64,000 nucleotides of DNA, taken from assembly GCA_002633005.1 (NCBI GenBank), contig NMRA01000404.1, positions 147,394 to 211,393 of the forward strand, given 5' to 3'. The DNA comes from Phoronis australis. Taxonomy: Eukaryota; Animalia; Phoronida. Below, piece after piece: positions 49,761-64,000 of the stretch. The translations under genes were made by a program, and so were the position numbers. The notes beneath the pieces are model-generated. The model had not been told where the DNA came from. It worked only from the letters and a program-made list of their open reading frames with translations, and did not search any database. How positions within the stretch are numbered: position 1 is the first letter of the stretch; every line of letters starts with the position of its first letter.

Positions 49761-49959
49761 ATTCTAACCTTATGCAATTAACCGATGCCCAAATTGTAGT
49801 TTGGTTAAATTTGAATCAAGTTTTGCTGGCGCTTCATTCGTTTCGTAACATAAGCTGACCGGATCAAGCAAGGCGAGGTGCCGAGCCCGAGGATTTTGGA
49901 CTTTGTTGGATTAGCCAAAAATATGTCTTCTGACTTAGATACACTCTTTGATAAAAGTC

Positions 49960-50077
49960 GAGTAAATGGGTCCCTCTTCAAAATGTCTACCGGAATCAGT
50001 TCCACTGAATACATACACTGTCGTTGTTCAGTGAAAACTGGTTCTCGTCAGCCATTTTGAAGAGGGTCCCGTTTACT
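49960..50077. repeat. ~118-bp imperfect palindrome (foldback MITE-like) upstream of the first Brahma coding exon
   Basis: agtaaatgggtccctcttcaaaatgtct..aatcagttccactgaa / ttcagtgaaaactggttc..agccattttgaagagggtcccgtttact. Confidence 0.7.
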
Positions 50078-50831
50078 GATTACCCGGCTTTTACCCACTG
50101 TTTCACTGTGGTGTCTAGAGATGTGGTACATAACATTGTTAACAATCTTACTATGGAAAAACTTCCTGAATCTATTAGTTGTTGCAATGACTTGACAAAA
50201 CTTAAGTTCGTGGTTTCGACTTTTCTAAGGGAAGAGTGTGAGTACCCTGTATGATGTTTCTGATGTGTCATGTCATGTCTTTTGTTTCATACTGACAATC
50301 ATTAGGCTTCTGACTATGCTTGATTACATAGTTATTTATGTTATCTCGGCATATGTTCTTATATACCTCATCCAGGAACATTTTCTGCAATGTCACAAAC
50401 GTTGAGTGTCGAACTTTGTTTCACGGATACGAACCGAATGGAGTAAAGATTGTTAATGACAAGTGTCGTGTATTCAACCAATTTTGCATACACCCCACTG
50501 TATATAATTTTCCACTCATGTGTTTTTATGGGTAGCTAGCACTTGTGCTAGTGTTTCTTTTGTTGTATCTGTCTACACTGATTTTAAAATAAACGTTTTA
50601 CATAATTACTTCTCTTACTTCAAAATTATAGTTACTTTGTATTGGTATTTTATGAATCTTTTATAGACGTAAATCTGACTTGTAGTATAGTAAGTGTAGT
50701 AACGAAGCCTCCTTACTTTATGCCAACTACGCCATTGTTGTGAAGTACTAAAGCTTTAGAGACTGTTCCCTTGTGAGTAATCTTTGTGAATGTTTCGTCA
50801 ACGTTGTAGGTTTTCGTGTTAAGGTTGAGTC

Positions 50832-63931
<13,100 letters not shown>

Positions 63932-64000
63932 GTAAGGATGTGCACAGTGAAGGAGTGCTTGTGTGTCGTCTCTGGGTAGGACTGTGCACAGTGAAGGAGT

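Overview
Intron-rich, AT-rich genomic DNA from an invertebrate animal (inference: lophotrochozoan/mollusc-like repeat content; no species can be assigned). It holds three protein-coding genes: the 5' part of a PHF24/GINIP-like PHD-finger gene (minus strand, running off the left edge), a complete 21-exon CACHD1 (VWA + Cache domain) gene (minus, 49180->16333), and, head-to-head with it, the first ~18 coding exons of a Brahma/SMARCA2/4 SWI/SNF ATPase (plus, from 50832 off the right edge). Mobile DNA includes an internally deleted Kolobok transposon (TTAA TSD, ~156-bp TIRs, THAP-DDE ORF plus a convergent KolX/P2X7-ballast-like ORF) nested in a MITE. There is also a 4.1-kb CAC...GTG element with a 5-bp TSD (Transib-like) carrying nested elements, a decayed LINE, a Helentron/HINE-like element, several palindromic MITEs and a tRNA-derived inverted repeat. 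The most striking unexplained pattern is that many intronic tandem repeats in CACHD1 and Brahma are duplications of the splice sites themselves: donors, branch point/polypyrimidine tracts, acceptors and exon ends. These give arrays of up to ~27 decoy donors and several triplicated acceptors. Every upstream acceptor checked would add a stop codon or frameshift if used. All calls come from manual reading; no database searches were run.
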